The notes: generated by a model from the sequence alone, not told the origin. Counted from the stretch's first letter, positions 1-10,440 are shown. The stretch is 64,000 bases of DNA from an uncultured Planctomycetaceae bacterium (GCA_963813715.1 CAWFAK010000005.1:256001-320000); one strand, 5' to 3'. Numbers and translations: made by a program.

Positions 1-1388
1 ACCACTACGGCCTCACCGACATCAAGGAGCGGATCCTCGAACACCTGGCCGTGATGAAACTCAATCCCGAGGCGCACGCGCCGATTTTGTGCTTCGTCGG
101 CCCGCCCGGCGTCGGCAAAACGTCGCTCGGCCAGTCGATCGGCCCGGCGCTGGGCCGCAAGTTCGAGCGATTCAGCCTGGGCGGCCTGCACGACGAAGCC
201 GAGCTGCGCGGACATCGTCGCACATACGTCGGCGCCATGCCCGGCCGCGTGTTGCAATCGCTCCGCCGCGCCAAGGTGAAGAACCCGCTGTTGATGTTGG
301 ACGAAATCGACAAACTGGGCAGCGACTATCGCGGCGATCCGGCCGCCGCCCTGCTGGAGATTTTGGACCCGGCACAAAACTCGACCTTCCGCGACAACTA
401 TCTCGACTTGCCCTTCGATCTCTCCCGCGTCTTCTTCATCACGACCGCCAACACGATCGACACCGTTCCGCGGCCCCTCTTGGACCGCATGGAGCTGATC
501 CGCCTGACCGGCTACAGCGACGAAGAAAAACTCGAGATCGCCAAGCGTTACTTGCTGACCCGTCGCCGCAAGGAGGCGGGACTGTCGCCGGAGCAACTGG
601 TCGTCCCCGACGAAACGATCCTGGCCATCACTCGCCGTTACACGCGCGAATCGGGCGTGCGCGAGCTGGAACGCACGCTCGGCCGGCTCGCCCGCAAGGT
701 CGCCCTCCGCATCGCTCAGGGGGACGCCAGCCACGTGACCGTGCAGCCGGCCGACCTCAAAGCATTCCTCGGGCCGGAGCGCGTCTTCCAAGAGCAGGCT
801 CGCAAAACGCTGCCGCCCGGCGTCGCCACGGGCCTGGCGTGGACGGAGACCGGCGGCGACGTCCTTTACGTCGAAGCTGTGCTCTTGCCCGAGAGCGACC
901 ACAGCGATCGCTTCATGCTCACCGGTCAGCTCGGCCGCGTGATGCAAGAATCGGCCCACGCCGCGCGGAGTTATATTGTCTCCCACTTCGCTTCGTTGGG
1001 CATCGAGCCTTCGGCCGGCGGCGTGCACGTCCACGTGCCGGCCGGCGCCATCCCCAAAGACGGCCCATCTGCCGGCGTCACGATGGCCACGGCGCTCGCC
1101 TCGCTCTACTCCGGCCTGCCCGTCCGCAACGACACGGCCATGACGGGCGAAATCACGCTCACGGGAATGGTCCTGCCTGTCGGCGGCATCAAAGAAAAAG
1201 TCCTCGCCGCCCGCCGCGCCGGCCTCAAGTGCGTCATCCTCCCCAAAGACAACGCCCGCGACATCGGCGAACTGACCGAAGAAGTGCAAAAAAGCATGCG
1301 CTTCGAGTACGCCGAGCGCATCGAAGACGTGCTGGCGGTGGCCATTCCGCAACTGGCCGAACGCCTGGCGGCAGTGCCCGCCGAATAG
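1..1388 (+). CDS. lon: ATP-dependent Lon protease (5'-truncated by window edge)
   Basis: HYGLTDIKERILEHLAV read from base 3; Walker A GPPGVGKTS; RGHRRTYVGAMPG; Ser-Lys dyad motifs KDGPSAG and GGIKEK. Confidence 0.96.
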   Translation, partial: HYGLTDIKERILEHLAVMKLNPEAHAPILCFVGPPGVGKTSLGQSIGPALGRKFERFSLGGLHDEAELRGHRRTYVGAMPGRVLQSLRRAKVKNPLLMLDEIDKLGSDYRGDPAAALLEILDPAQNSTFRDNYLDLPFDLSRVFFITTANTIDTVPRPLLDRMELIRLTGYSDEEKLEIAKRYLLTRRRKEAGLSPEQLVVPDETILAITRRYTRESGVRELERTLGRLARKVALRIAQGDASHVTVQPADLKAFLGPERVFQEQARKTLPPGVATGLAWTETGGDVLYVEAVLLPESDHSDRFMLTGQLGRVMQESAHAARSYIVSHFASLGIEPSAGGVHVHVPAGAIPKDGPSAGVTMATALASLYSGLPVRNDTAMTGEITLTGMVLPVGGIKEKVLAARRAGLKCVILPKDNARDIGELTEEVQKSMRFEYAERIEDVLAVAIPQLAERLAAVPAE

Positions 1389-1404
1389 CTTTGACAGCCC
1401 AATG

Positions 1405-1487
1405 GGGTGGCACTGGCGGCTTGTCCGCCAGTGTCTTCCGTCGCGTTCGCAAAGACCCCACTGGCGGACGAGCCGCCAGTGCCACCC
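1405..1487. repeat. REP doublet (REPIN), family A, 83 bp
   Basis: GGGTGGCACTGGCGG-cttgt-CCGCCAGTG ... CACTGGCGG-acgag-CCGCCAGTGCCACCC; two inverted GTGG-footed hairpins. Confidence 0.9.
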
Positions 1488-1593
1488 GACCGTTTCTGCC
1501 CGCAACGTCGAGCTCACGGCATCGATGGGATAGGGAGCTGGCGCCGGCGCGACTTTCTTTAGCCCGTTCGGGGCTTTCTGCACTCGCGCGAGA

Positions 1594-2232
1594 TCACTTC
1601 TGTCGCACCGTGTAGTAAGCGGCGAGCACGATCAGCGGCACGCAGATGGCCGGCAGCACGGCGATTTTCGCCAGGTGGGGCCAGTAGAAATCGCACTTAC
1701 GTGCGAGGTAATGGTCCATCGCCACGCACTGCACGCGAAAACTGCCGCTGGAATAAAGCGGAATGCCGAACAGGTAGAAGCAGTGCGTCCGGATCGTCGA
1801 TCCGCAGTCGGGGCAGCGCTCGCTTCGACCGACAAATCGGCCGCCGTTGACCTGATTGAGGGTCGTCAGGTCGAGCGGACTTTGATACTCGGAACTCGCG
1901 CGGAGGCAGGCGTCGCAGAAGTGATCCCGGTACTCGAATTCGCGCGCCCGCCAGCCAAACGCCGCGCAATAAATGAGCGTGCACAAGCCGAACGAGAACG
2001 GCCCGAGCAGCACCAGGGCGATGGCCCACGGGCGGCTCCCTTCATACTTTCGCCGAAAGGCATCGACGATGAAATAAATCATCCCGACGAGCGCCACGGC
2101 AAACAACGCCAGATTGCAGGTTCGACCGACCGTGCTGATATGCCAATCCTCCAGCACGGTGATGTGGCCGAACAGCGTCAGCGTGAAGTAGAGAAAATTG
2201 ACCAACACGATGACGAAGAACGTCGGCTTCAT
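1594..2232 (-). CDS. hypothetical membrane protein with CxxC motifs
   Basis: MKPTFFVIVLVNF start, several hydrophobic segments, CDAC and CPDCG motifs; the longer ORF annotation runs through a REP. Confidence 0.65.
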   Translation of the reverse strand: MKPTFFVIVLVNFLYFTLTLFGHITVLEDWHISTVGRTCNLALFAVALVGMIYFIVDAFRRKYEGSRPWAIALVLLGPFSFGLCTLIYCAAFGWRAREFEYRDHFCDACLRASSEYQSPLDLTTLNQVNGGRFVGRSERCPDCGSTIRTHCFYLFGIPLYSSGSFRVQCVAMDHYLARKCDFYWPHLAKIAVLPAICVPLIVLAAYYTVRQK

Positions 2233-2364
2233 GCGGGCAATCGCAATGACGAGGTGAGTCGCGACAGGTGACGTCGAGGTCGAGCGGTTCCGTGCCGCGC
2301 AGAATAACCTCGCCATCGGCGGCAGACAAATTGAACCTCCAATGCGCGAAGCGGAATTTGCCTT

Positions 2365-2447
2365 GGGTGCCACTGGCGGGGGCCTTGGCCCGCTAGTGTT
2401 CTCGTCGCGCAAAGAGCCCACTGGCGGACGAGCCGCCAGTGCCACCC
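2365..2447. repeat. REP doublet (REPIN), family A, 83 bp, left arm degenerate
   Basis: 3' half GCAAAGAGCCCACTGGCGGACGAGCCGCCAGTGCCACCC nearly identical to the 1405-1487 copy, same orientation. Confidence 0.85.
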
Positions 2448-2542
2448 AACGCGCCAGTCTCACCCGACGCGTAGACAAATCCGCGTCCGCCTCGCGTCTA
2501 CTCTGAGGCCGTCTGGGCGACGAACATCGGCGGGGCGTGGCG

Positions 2543-3947
2543 ATGTCACCCGTGATTCGCATTGTGGCGTTCGAGTTTGCCGGCGGCGACGCCTTCTTCT
2601 GGGGACTCGCGCTGCTGACGGCCGCTGCGCTGGTCGGGCTCCTGCGCGACACTTCGCGCGTGCGCGCTTATTGCCGGCTGACGACGATTGGGGCGGTCAT
2701 CGTGCTTGCCGCCTCGGGAACACCATTGCCGCTCTGGTTCTACGGCATGGGGCTCACGCTGAGCGCGGTGACGCTCATCGCGCGGTGGGGGCGAACGAAT
2801 GACGCTGCCCGGGTGGCACTGGCGGCTCGTCCGCCAGTGGGCTTTGCGGGCGCGTCGGAAGACACTGGCGGACAAGCCGGACAAGCCGCCAGTGCCACCC
2901 AAAACCTCTCCCTAGGCACGCTGTCAGGTCTGCGCACCGCGCCGTTGTTTCGCGCTGCCGCTGTCACGCTTATCGGCTGGTGCGCGGTCGCCGCCGGTTG
3001 GGAATTCTCGTACCGGTTGCCGCCGCACTTCGACGCACAAATGTCCTACGAAACTCTCGTCGTCATCGCCGACTCTGTGAGTTCAGGTTTGAACGGTGTG
3101 GGCGAAGAGACGTGGCCCAAGCAATTCCGCGAACGGTATTTTGGCCGCGTGCTCGATAAATCCGCGCCGGGCGCCACCGCGCACTCCGCACTGAAGCAAG
3201 CCTCTGCCGCGAATCGCGAATTGGACAGCCGCCCGGCCCTCGTCCTGATCGAGATCGGCGGCAACGATTTCTTCGAGCTGATCCCGCCGGCACAGTTCGC
3301 CGCGGACCTCGAACGCCTGCTCACCGAGCTGGAGCGCCCCAACCGCCAACTCGTGATGCTCGAGCTGCCGCTGCCGCCGTTCTACAACGCCTACGGCCGC
3401 ATCCAACGCGACCTGGCGGCCCGCCATCACGTGCCGCTGATCTCCAAACGCGAATTCGCCGCCGTCATCTTCACCCCAAACGCGACGCTCGACACCGTGC
3501 ATCTCTCCAAAATCTGGACACAGCCTCTTCGCCGACATGGTTTGGCGGCACACCGCAACGATCTTCGGTTCGCCGGCCATCGATTCGATGACACTTTATT
3601 CGCTGACGCCTGAGCAAACCTCGACTGCGGACAATTTTGAGAGCTACGTGATTCTGGGAAAGGTTGAAATCGTCTCGCCCGAGGAGCGGACGGCTATTTT
3701 TGCCGCCGTGCAGCGCGGCATCGACCAGGGCCACACGCACGGAGCCTTCGGCTGCTTCGAGCCACACCACGGCGTCCGCCTGCGACGTAACGGCAAAACG
3801 TACGACTATGTCCTCTGCTTTCATTGTCTGAACGTCGACGAGTACGTCGATGACCATTACGTGACGGAAGAAACCATGGACGGGAGCGCGCAAGCCATCA
3901 TCGACAAGCACTTGAAGGCGGCAGGCATTCCGCAGTCCAAAGATTGA
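2543..3947 (+). CDS. membrane-anchored SGNH/GDSL hydrolase with C-terminal extension (frameshift ~3510)
   Basis: VVIADSVS (block I), IEIGGND (block III), DTVH (block V); removing one A from CCAAAATC gives HLSKSGHSLFADMVWRH, joining ORF 3537..3947. Confidence 0.75.
2811..2900. repeat. REP doublet, family A, 90 bp, in frame inside CDS
   Basis: reverse complement of the 1405-1487 copy with a 2-bp deletion, a 9-bp tandem duplication (GGACAAGCC x2) and a few substitutions. Confidence 0.9.
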
Positions 3948-3990
3948 TGTTCCTCAACCCCGCGCCTCGTCAGAAGACGAAGAGGAAGAT

Positions 3991-4022
3991 AAGCACCCGA
4001 CAGCTTACGCTGTCGGCTCGCC
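3991..4022. repeat. single REP-like hairpin, family C
   Basis: CCGACAGC-ttac-GCTGTCGG perfect hairpin in an intergenic gap. Confidence 0.5.
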
Positions 4023-4115
4023 AGGTCGTCTAACCCCGGCGAGCGTACCGCCGCGGCGGATCAGCCCGATGGTGCTTCGGCGCCGCTTCGCTCCGGGTTC
4101 GCTAAAATCAGCTGC

Positions 4116-5091
4116 ATGAAAGCCGCTTACATTGACGCACCCGGGCCTCCCGAGACCATCCATTTCGGCGACTTGCCGATGCCCGTCGCCGGGCCGGGTA
4201 AGGTTCTGGTCAAGGTGACCGCCGTCTGTGTCGATCCGATCGACGTCTACATTCGCTCCGGCACGTTCAAGATTCCGCTGCCGTCGCCGTTCATCATCGG
4301 CCGCGACCTGGCGGGCCGCGTGGAGCAGGTTGGGCCGGGGGTGACGAAGTTCAAACTCGGCGACCGCGTCTGGTGCAATAACCAGGGCTACGACGGTCGG
4401 CAGGGCACGTTCGCCGAGTATGCGGCGGTCGACGAGCGGCTGCTCTATCCGCTGCCGGCCGGCGTCGACGAGCATCAGGCCGTCGGCTTTGTGCACTCGG
4501 CGTTCACCGCGTGCCTCGGGCTCGAGCGGGCTCAGCCGCGGGCCGGGCAGACGCTGTTCGTGAACGGCGGAGCCGGCAACGTCGGCTCGGCCCTGATCCA
4601 GATGGCGGCGGGCGCGGGGCTGCGGGTGGCGGCGACGGCCGGCAATGCGGAAGGCCTCGACTGGTGCCGTTCGGTCGGAGCCGAGGCCGTCGCCAACTAC
4701 AAGACCGACGACGTCGACGCGGTGCTGAAGGCGTTCGCACCCGACGGTGTCGACATCTATTGGGACACGTCCGGCCAGCCCGACTTCGATTCAGCTCTCA
4801 ATCGACTGGCCACGGGCGGACGCATCATCGTGATGGCCGGCCTCAAAGCCCGCCCGCCGTTCCCCGTTGGCCCGTTCTACGTCAAAGGCTGCTCGATGCA
4901 CGGCTTCGCGATCACCCACGCCACCGACGCCGAGCTTTCGCATGAGCGCCGAGGCCATCGTCGGCTGGTTCGGCCAAGGCAAACTCCAAGTCCGCATCGA
5001 CCGCGTGCTCCCGTTGAGCGAAGCCGCAACCGCTCACAGGCTGGTCGAAGAGCGGGCCCCGATCGCCGGCAAGATCGTGCTCGTTCCCTGA
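4116..5091 (+). CDS. NADPH:quinone reductase / zinc-binding dehydrogenase family (frameshift ~4937)
   Basis: MKAAYIDAPGPPE, PFIIGRDLAG, NGGAGNVG; C-terminus AAHRLVEE..GKIVLVP in ORF 4867..5091. Confidence 0.88.
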
Positions 5092-5126
5092 GCCGACGCC
5101 GGACGACTGAAATCGGCAGATCGGTT

Positions 5127-5154
5127 TCACCACAAAGGCACGAAGGCACGAAGG
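5127..5154. repeat. ACCACAAAGGCACGAAG-type repeat, family E
   Basis: TCACCACAAAGGCACGAAGGCACGAAGG matches the reverse complement of 7804-7833. Confidence 0.6.
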
Positions 5155-5176
5155 AAAAAATCGCGTGGAATTTTCG

Positions 5177-5221
5177 TTGACACGTGAGTACAAACGTAGT
5201 AAGACTGTGATTACGTTTGTA
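5177..5221 (+). promoter_or_regulatory. BlaI/CopY-type operator pair next to a -35 TTGACA
   Basis: TTGACA 5177-5182; TACAAACGTA (5189-5198) and TACGTTTGTA (5212-5221) are inverted copies resembling the TACA-NN-TGTA box, directly upstream of the blaI-like gene. Confidence 0.75.
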
Positions 5222-5236
5222 AGCACGGAGTCATCG

Positions 5237-5629
5237 ATGGGACTGGCTGACAATATTTCCGACGCCGAGTGGACCGTGATGCAGGTCCTCTGGGACTTGA
5301 AGCAGGCGACGGCCGGCGAGGTGATCGAGCGGCTCGAAAGCTCGTCCGATTGGAATCACCGCACGATCCGCACGCTGATCCGGCGGCTGGTCGACAAGGG
5401 GCTCGTGCTGCACACGGTCGAGGGGCAACGGCACCTGTATCGCCCCGCGGCCAGCCGGCAATCGTGCGTCCGCGACGAGGGGCGTTCGTTCCTGACGCGA
5501 GTGTTTCAGGGCGACATGTCCTCCTTGTTGACGCACTTTGCCCGCGAGGCCGGGCTCAGCCGCGACAAGATCGACGAGCTGCGGAATCTGCTCGACGACG
5601 ACACGACCAAGGGGAAGGACCATGAGTGA
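5237..5629 (+). CDS. BlaI/MecI/CopY family transcriptional repressor
   Basis: ISDAEWTVMQVLW, WNHRTIRTLIRRLVDKG, YRPAAS, FLTRVFQG. Confidence 0.93.
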   Translation: MGLADNISDAEWTVMQVLWDLKQATAGEVIERLESSSDWNHRTIRTLIRRLVDKGLVLHTVEGQRHLYRPAASRQSCVRDEGRSFLTRVFQGDMSSLLTHFAREAGLSRDKIDELRNLLDDDTTKGKDHE

Positions 5630-7696
5630 TACACTGACGGCCTTGGACGCGCTCGGGCGGCTGACGTGGCAGGCTTCGTGGCATGCGGCGGTGCTCGGCC
5701 TGCTGGTCCTGATCAGCTTGCGATTCCGTGCCGTGCGAGGCGCGCTGTCGCCCGGCTGGAGGAGCGCGCTGTGGCTATTGGTCTGCGTGCGGCTCGCGCT
5801 GCCGGTGGCCCCGGCGCTGCCGACCAGTATTCACAACCTTTATCGCGGTGCTGCGCCGGCCGTCAGTGTGGCAGCTTCCAGCGACCGGACTGCGGACGAC
5901 GCGTCGCGGCGATCGCCCTCGTCCGAGCGGCAACCGCCCCAGGAACCGGCGACGTTTCTTAACGTCCCGACCGAAGGGGCGACGCCGGTCGCAGCTGTGC
6001 CCGAGCCCGGCTGGAACATGAGGACGGCGTGGCCTGTCGCGCTATTTGTCTGGCTGGCGGGCTTGATGATGATCGGCACGCGCTACGTCTGGGGCGTCTG
6101 GCGGTTGCAGCGGCTGATTCGGTCATGCCCGGATGTCACCGACTGGGAGGTGTTGTATTTGGCCGACGAATGCCGTCGCGAGTGCAGCCTGGCCGCTCGC
6201 CCCGCGCTCAAACACGTGTCGGGAAAATTGGGGCCGACCGTCGCCGGCTTTCTGCGGCCCCAGTTGCTCCTGTCTGATGCGACGCTGCAAATGGATCGGC
6301 GATCGCTTGCGGTTCATTCTGCTGCACGAGATGCGACACATCCGCACAGGCGATTGCTTCATCGCCTGGCTGCTCCGCGGGCTGACGGCCGTCCATTGGT
6401 TCAACCCATTCAGCTGGCTGGCCGCCCGGTCGTGGCAGGCGGAGCGCGAGCTGGCCTGCGACGCCTGGGTTCTGCGACAAGCCGACGCCGACGAGCGGCG
6501 ACAATACGGTCACACGCTGTTGCGCAGTCCTCGAACAAACGTCGCCAGCCGACCTGGCCCTGTTCGCCACCGGCATGGCCTCCCGCCCGCGGCTGGTGGA
6601 GCAGAGAATTCGCGCGATGAAACGGCCGACGGTCCGTTCGCGCACGCGTCAGGTCGCCAGCATCGCCGTGTTGACCGGCCTGCTGCTGGTGGGCTTCACC
6701 GACGCGGTTCGCTCGCAGCCCGCGCCCGTCACCGATACGGCAAGCCAGCCGAACGCCCCGGCAGCGACCAAGCCGCCAGCAGCGTCTCGCCAGCCGAAGA
6801 ATCGCCGCAGGATCTACATCGTTCTGGCGGAGCATGTCATCCTGGTGCGCGATGCCGTGACGCAGAACGCTGACTTGAGCGAGTTTCGGATCGTGACGTG
6901 GGACCAACTGCTGCAGTTGTTGCGCGACGCGAGCAAGACCGCGCGGATCGTCCCGTGGATTTACGGCACGACTGGCGGCTTTAAGCAATTTGAGCCACGT
7001 GCGCTCGAGCTCACGAAGCTCGCCAAGGAACTCAAGGCGCCGACCTGGCTGCTCGCCTTCGCCCAATACGACGGGTCGCAGGTTTACGATGCGATCCGCG
7101 GGCCCGACGATCTCAAACCCGATCCGTCCCGCCTCCGCGAAGGGACCGTCCGCCTGGCGAACGGGCAGCCGGCCGTCGGCGCCACCGTCGTGATGCATGT
7201 CCGTCGCGAATTCGAGGGCCTGATTTACATCAACGGCAAGGAGCTAAGCGATTCGCTCGACGAAGTGTGGATGAAGACCGATGACCATGGACGGTTTCAT
7301 TTCTATCCGAAAACCGACGATTTCACCGTCGCCGCGCTGCATCCGACGGGATTCGGTCTGGCGACCGGAGTGCAGCTTGCAAAGGGGCAGGCGATCGCGC
7401 TGGCTCCGTGGGGCCAGATTGAGATGAAGGGTAATTCGGAGACGGGCATTTCGGCGACACGCACCGGTGAGGGCAAGAACCCGGTCAAGATTAACCTGCA
7501 AACGTTCAGCCACACGGGCAAGACCGTCCCCATGCCGGCCGGTCGCGTCTGGATCCAGCGACTGACCGAAAGCAAAATCACTGGCGACACACTGGTCGTC
7601 GTCGGCCCCGGCGAGACCAAAGCCGTCACCATCCAACCCCCGACGGCCGCCGAGCGAGCCAAGCCCGTCAAAGACGCGACGCCCAAGCCGCACTAA
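5622..7696 (+). CDS. BlaR1/peptidase M56 sensor-transducer with C-terminal extracytoplasmic domain (frameshifts ~6300, ~6525)
   Basis: ALWLLVCVRLALP; LRFILLHEMRH (HExxH); HWFNPFSW; ERELACD; start overlaps the blaI stop; pieces 5538..6620, 6133..6873, 6575..7696. Confidence 0.85.
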
Positions 7697-7718
7697 CGGC
7701 TTGCGGAAAACGCAGGAC

Positions 7719-7833
7719 TTGAACCACCAAGTCACCAAGAAATTAAGAAACGACGGCGGTTCCGATCGGCGATCCCAATCGCCGGGAATTTCGCCGGCTT
7801 TTGCTTGGTGTCCTTGGTGCCTTTGTGGTTCAA
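7719..7833. repeat. inverted doublet of family E repeat
   Basis: TTGAACCACCAAGTCACCAAG (7719-7739) ... CTTGGTGTCCTTGGTGCCTTTGTGGTTCAA (7804-7833). Confidence 0.65.
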
Positions 7834-7906
7834 TCTCTATTGATTCTCCGCATTTGATTCTGCTTCCCGTTCGCGTCCTGGCGTTCTCTTGAAAAGGCAT
7901 TCGCGC

Positions 7907-9619
7907 ATGAGCCTGTTCCGGAGTCGGTTGGTGGCTGTGTGGTTGATCGTGATCGCGGCTCTCGCATCGCGCGTTGCCGTCGCGGCTGACGACGCGAGCG
8001 TCAAAAAAACCACCGTCATGGTGCCGATGCACGACGGCGTGCGTCTGGCGACCGACATTTATCGGCCAGCCGGCGAGGTCAAGCCGTTGCCCGTGATTTT
8101 TTCGCGCGGGCCGTACGGCAAAAGCGGTGGGGCGGGGGCATTGAGCACGGCGGTGGCGGCCAAGTCCGCGTGCAAGCGGGGTTATGTCTTCGTCTCGCAG
8201 GATATGCGGGGCCGATTTGCTTCCGAGGGCAAAGACTGGGTCATCTTCCATAACGACGGCTGGGGCGAACGCCGCGACGGGCAGGATTCGCTCGAGTGGA
8301 TCGCGAAACAGCCCTGGTGCAACGGCGCGATCGGCACGACGGGCGGCTCGGCCCTGGGCATCACGCAAACGATGATGGCTCCCGGCGCCCCCGCCTGCCT
8401 CAAAGCCCAATTCATCGTCGTCGCATTCGACGACATGTATTCGCAAGGCTCCTACGAAGGGGGCGTGTGGCGGAAGTCGCTGATCGAGAACTGGGTGACG
8501 CTCACCGGCCTCGATCACAAGAACATCGACATCCCCATTCAGCACCCGCGACGCGACGCCTTTTGGGCCGAGACCGATGCGCGAGCCCACGCCGACCAGG
8601 TGAACGTGCCGGCCATTTTTCTGGGCGGCTGGTACGACATCTTCGAGCAGGGCACGCTCGACTCGTTCGTCACGATTCACAATCACGGCGGTCCGCTCGC
8701 CCGCGGCAAGTGCCGGCTGGTGATGGGGCCCTTCGGGCACGGCCCGTTCCTCGCCCTCAAATATCCGAAGAATTCGCAGCAGTTCCCGAAGGCCGGCGAT
8801 GCCGACCGCTTCTTCGATCACTATCTGAAGGGGATCGCCAACGGCGTCGAGCAGGATCGGCCCGTCCATTACTACGTGATGGGCGACCCGACCGATCCGC
8901 ACGCGCCGGGCAACGTCTGGCGAGCGGCCGACAACTGGCCGCCGCCGTCGCGGGCCACGCCATACTACTTTCACCAGGACGGCCGACTGAGCCCCGACCA
9001 CCCGGCCGCCGCCGACAAGGCGCGATCATATAAATACGACCCGGAAAAGCCGGTGCCGACGTTGGGCGGGCAGAACCTGTTTGGCGGGAAAGGCCCGGCC
9101 GACCTGCGGACGATCGAATCGCGGCCGGACGTTCTGGTCTTCACCACCGAGGTGTTAAAAGAGCCGGTCGAAGTGACGGGCCGCATCCGGGCCGAATTGG
9201 CCATTTCCTCCGACTGCCCCGACACCGATTTCGCCGCCCTGTTGACCGACGTCTATCCCGACGGCCGTTCGATGCTCGTCACCGACGGCATCCTGCGAGC
9301 CCGCTTCCGCAAGTCGTTCGAGAAAGAAGAATTCCTGAAGCCTGGCGAAACGAGCGAGCTGACGGTCGACCTGTGGAGCACGTCGCTGGTGTTCAACAAG
9401 GGCCACAAGATCCGCGTGCTGATCACGTCCTCCAATTCGCCGCGGTTCGAGCCGAATCCGAATACGGGCCACGAATTCCGCGCCGACAAAGAGACGCGCA
9501 TGGCGAACAACACAATTCACCTGTCGCCCGATCACGCCTCGAAGATCGTGCTGCCGATCCTGGACGAATCGACGCTGAAAGAATCGAATCGCCCGGTGGC
9601 GGCAGCGCCGGCCCGATAG
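7907..9619 (+). CDS. CocE/NonD family hydrolase (X-Pro dipeptidyl-peptidase-like), secreted
   Basis: signal peptide, VPMHDGVRLATDIY, QDMRGRFASEG, GGSALG nucleophile elbow, GGWYD, RFEPNPNTG; start could be 7889. Confidence 0.92.
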   Translation: MSLFRSRLVAVWLIVIAALASRVAVAADDASVKKTTVMVPMHDGVRLATDIYRPAGEVKPLPVIFSRGPYGKSGGAGALSTAVAAKSACKRGYVFVSQDMRGRFASEGKDWVIFHNDGWGERRDGQDSLEWIAKQPWCNGAIGTTGGSALGITQTMMAPGAPACLKAQFIVVAFDDMYSQGSYEGGVWRKSLIENWVTLTGLDHKNIDIPIQHPRRDAFWAETDARAHADQVNVPAIFLGGWYDIFEQGTLDSFVTIHNHGGPLARGKCRLVMGPFGHGPFLALKYPKNSQQFPKAGDADRFFDHYLKGIANGVEQDRPVHYYVMGDPTDPHAPGNVWRAADNWPPPSRATPYYFHQDGRLSPDHPAAADKARSYKYDPEKPVPTLGGQNLFGGKGPADLRTIESRPDVLVFTTEVLKEPVEVTGRIRAELAISSDCPDTDFAALLTDVYPDGRSMLVTDGILRARFRKSFEKEEFLKPGETSELTVDLWSTSLVFNKGHKIRVLITSSNSPRFEPNPNTGHEFRADKETRMANNTIHLSPDHASKIVLPILDESTLKESNRPVAAAPAR

Positions 9620-9625
9620 CCGGTC

Positions 9626-9655
9626 GGGTGGCACTGGCGGCTCGTCCGCCAGTGG
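9626..9655 (+). repeat. single REP, family A, left of RAYT
   Basis: GGGTGGCACTGGCGGCTCGTCCGCCAGTGG. Confidence 0.9.
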
Positions 9656-9715
9656 ACTTTTTCATTGCGACAATAGTGCGTGGTTGGTCACTGCCCTCGA
9701 TGGCAAGCGCCGGCA

Positions 9716-10291
9716 ATGGGTGACGATCACAAGCGACTGAAGCATTTCCACTCACCAGGGGACCTTCACGAGCTCACGTTTTCTTGCAACGGTCGCCGCC
9801 CATTGCTCGCTGACGAATCGACTTGCAAGCTCCTCTGTCAGAGCATCGATCAGGCAATGAGTCGCCATCGGCATCGGCTCATCGCGTTTGTGCTCATGCC
9901 GGAGCACGTGCATCTCTTGGTGCTTCCCACCTCGATCGAGTGCGACATTGCCGGTTTGCTGTTTTCAATCAAGAGACCGTTCTCGTATCGCGTGAAGCAG
10001 TACTACGAAGCAACGCGAAGCGACTTGCGATCCGGACTGGTCGTGCGCGAGCGCGCAGGAAAGTCCGCGTTTCGCTTTTGGCAAGAAGGAGCCGGCTACG
10101 ATCGCAATCTTTTCGAGCCCCAATCGGTTCTCGCGGCGATCGATTACATCCATCTGAATCCGGTGCGACGGGGCTTGGTTACTCGAGCCAAAGATTGGAA
10201 GTGGTCGAGCTGTCGGTGGTATCTGAGCGATCGACGAGACGTTGATCCCGACTTGCCCACAATCCACGGCTTGCCTGGCGAGTTGGGCTAG
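9716..10291 (+). mobile_element. REP-associated tyrosine transposase (RAYT / TnpA-REP, HUH Y1)
   Basis: LHELTFSC, FVLMPEHVHLL (HUH), FWQEGAGYDRN, IDYIHLNPVRRGLV (catalytic Tyr), DWKWSS; flanked by inverted family-A REPs. Confidence 0.92.
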
Positions 10292-10358
10292 GGAAAAAGA
10301 CGAGTGGGGGCAAGTCGGACGAGCCGTGCGCCACGGAACTGGGATCCGCGCCAAAAGA

Positions 10359-10388
10359 CCACTGGCGGGCAAGCCGCCAGTGCCACCC
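10359..10388 (-). repeat. single REP, family A, right of RAYT
   Basis: CCACTGGCGGGCAAGCCGCCAGTGCCACCC, inverted relative to 9626-9655. Confidence 0.88.
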
Positions 10389-10440
10389 GGCGGCACACCA
10401 TCTCGAGCTAGAGCACCCGGCGCATCGCTAGAATGTCGGC

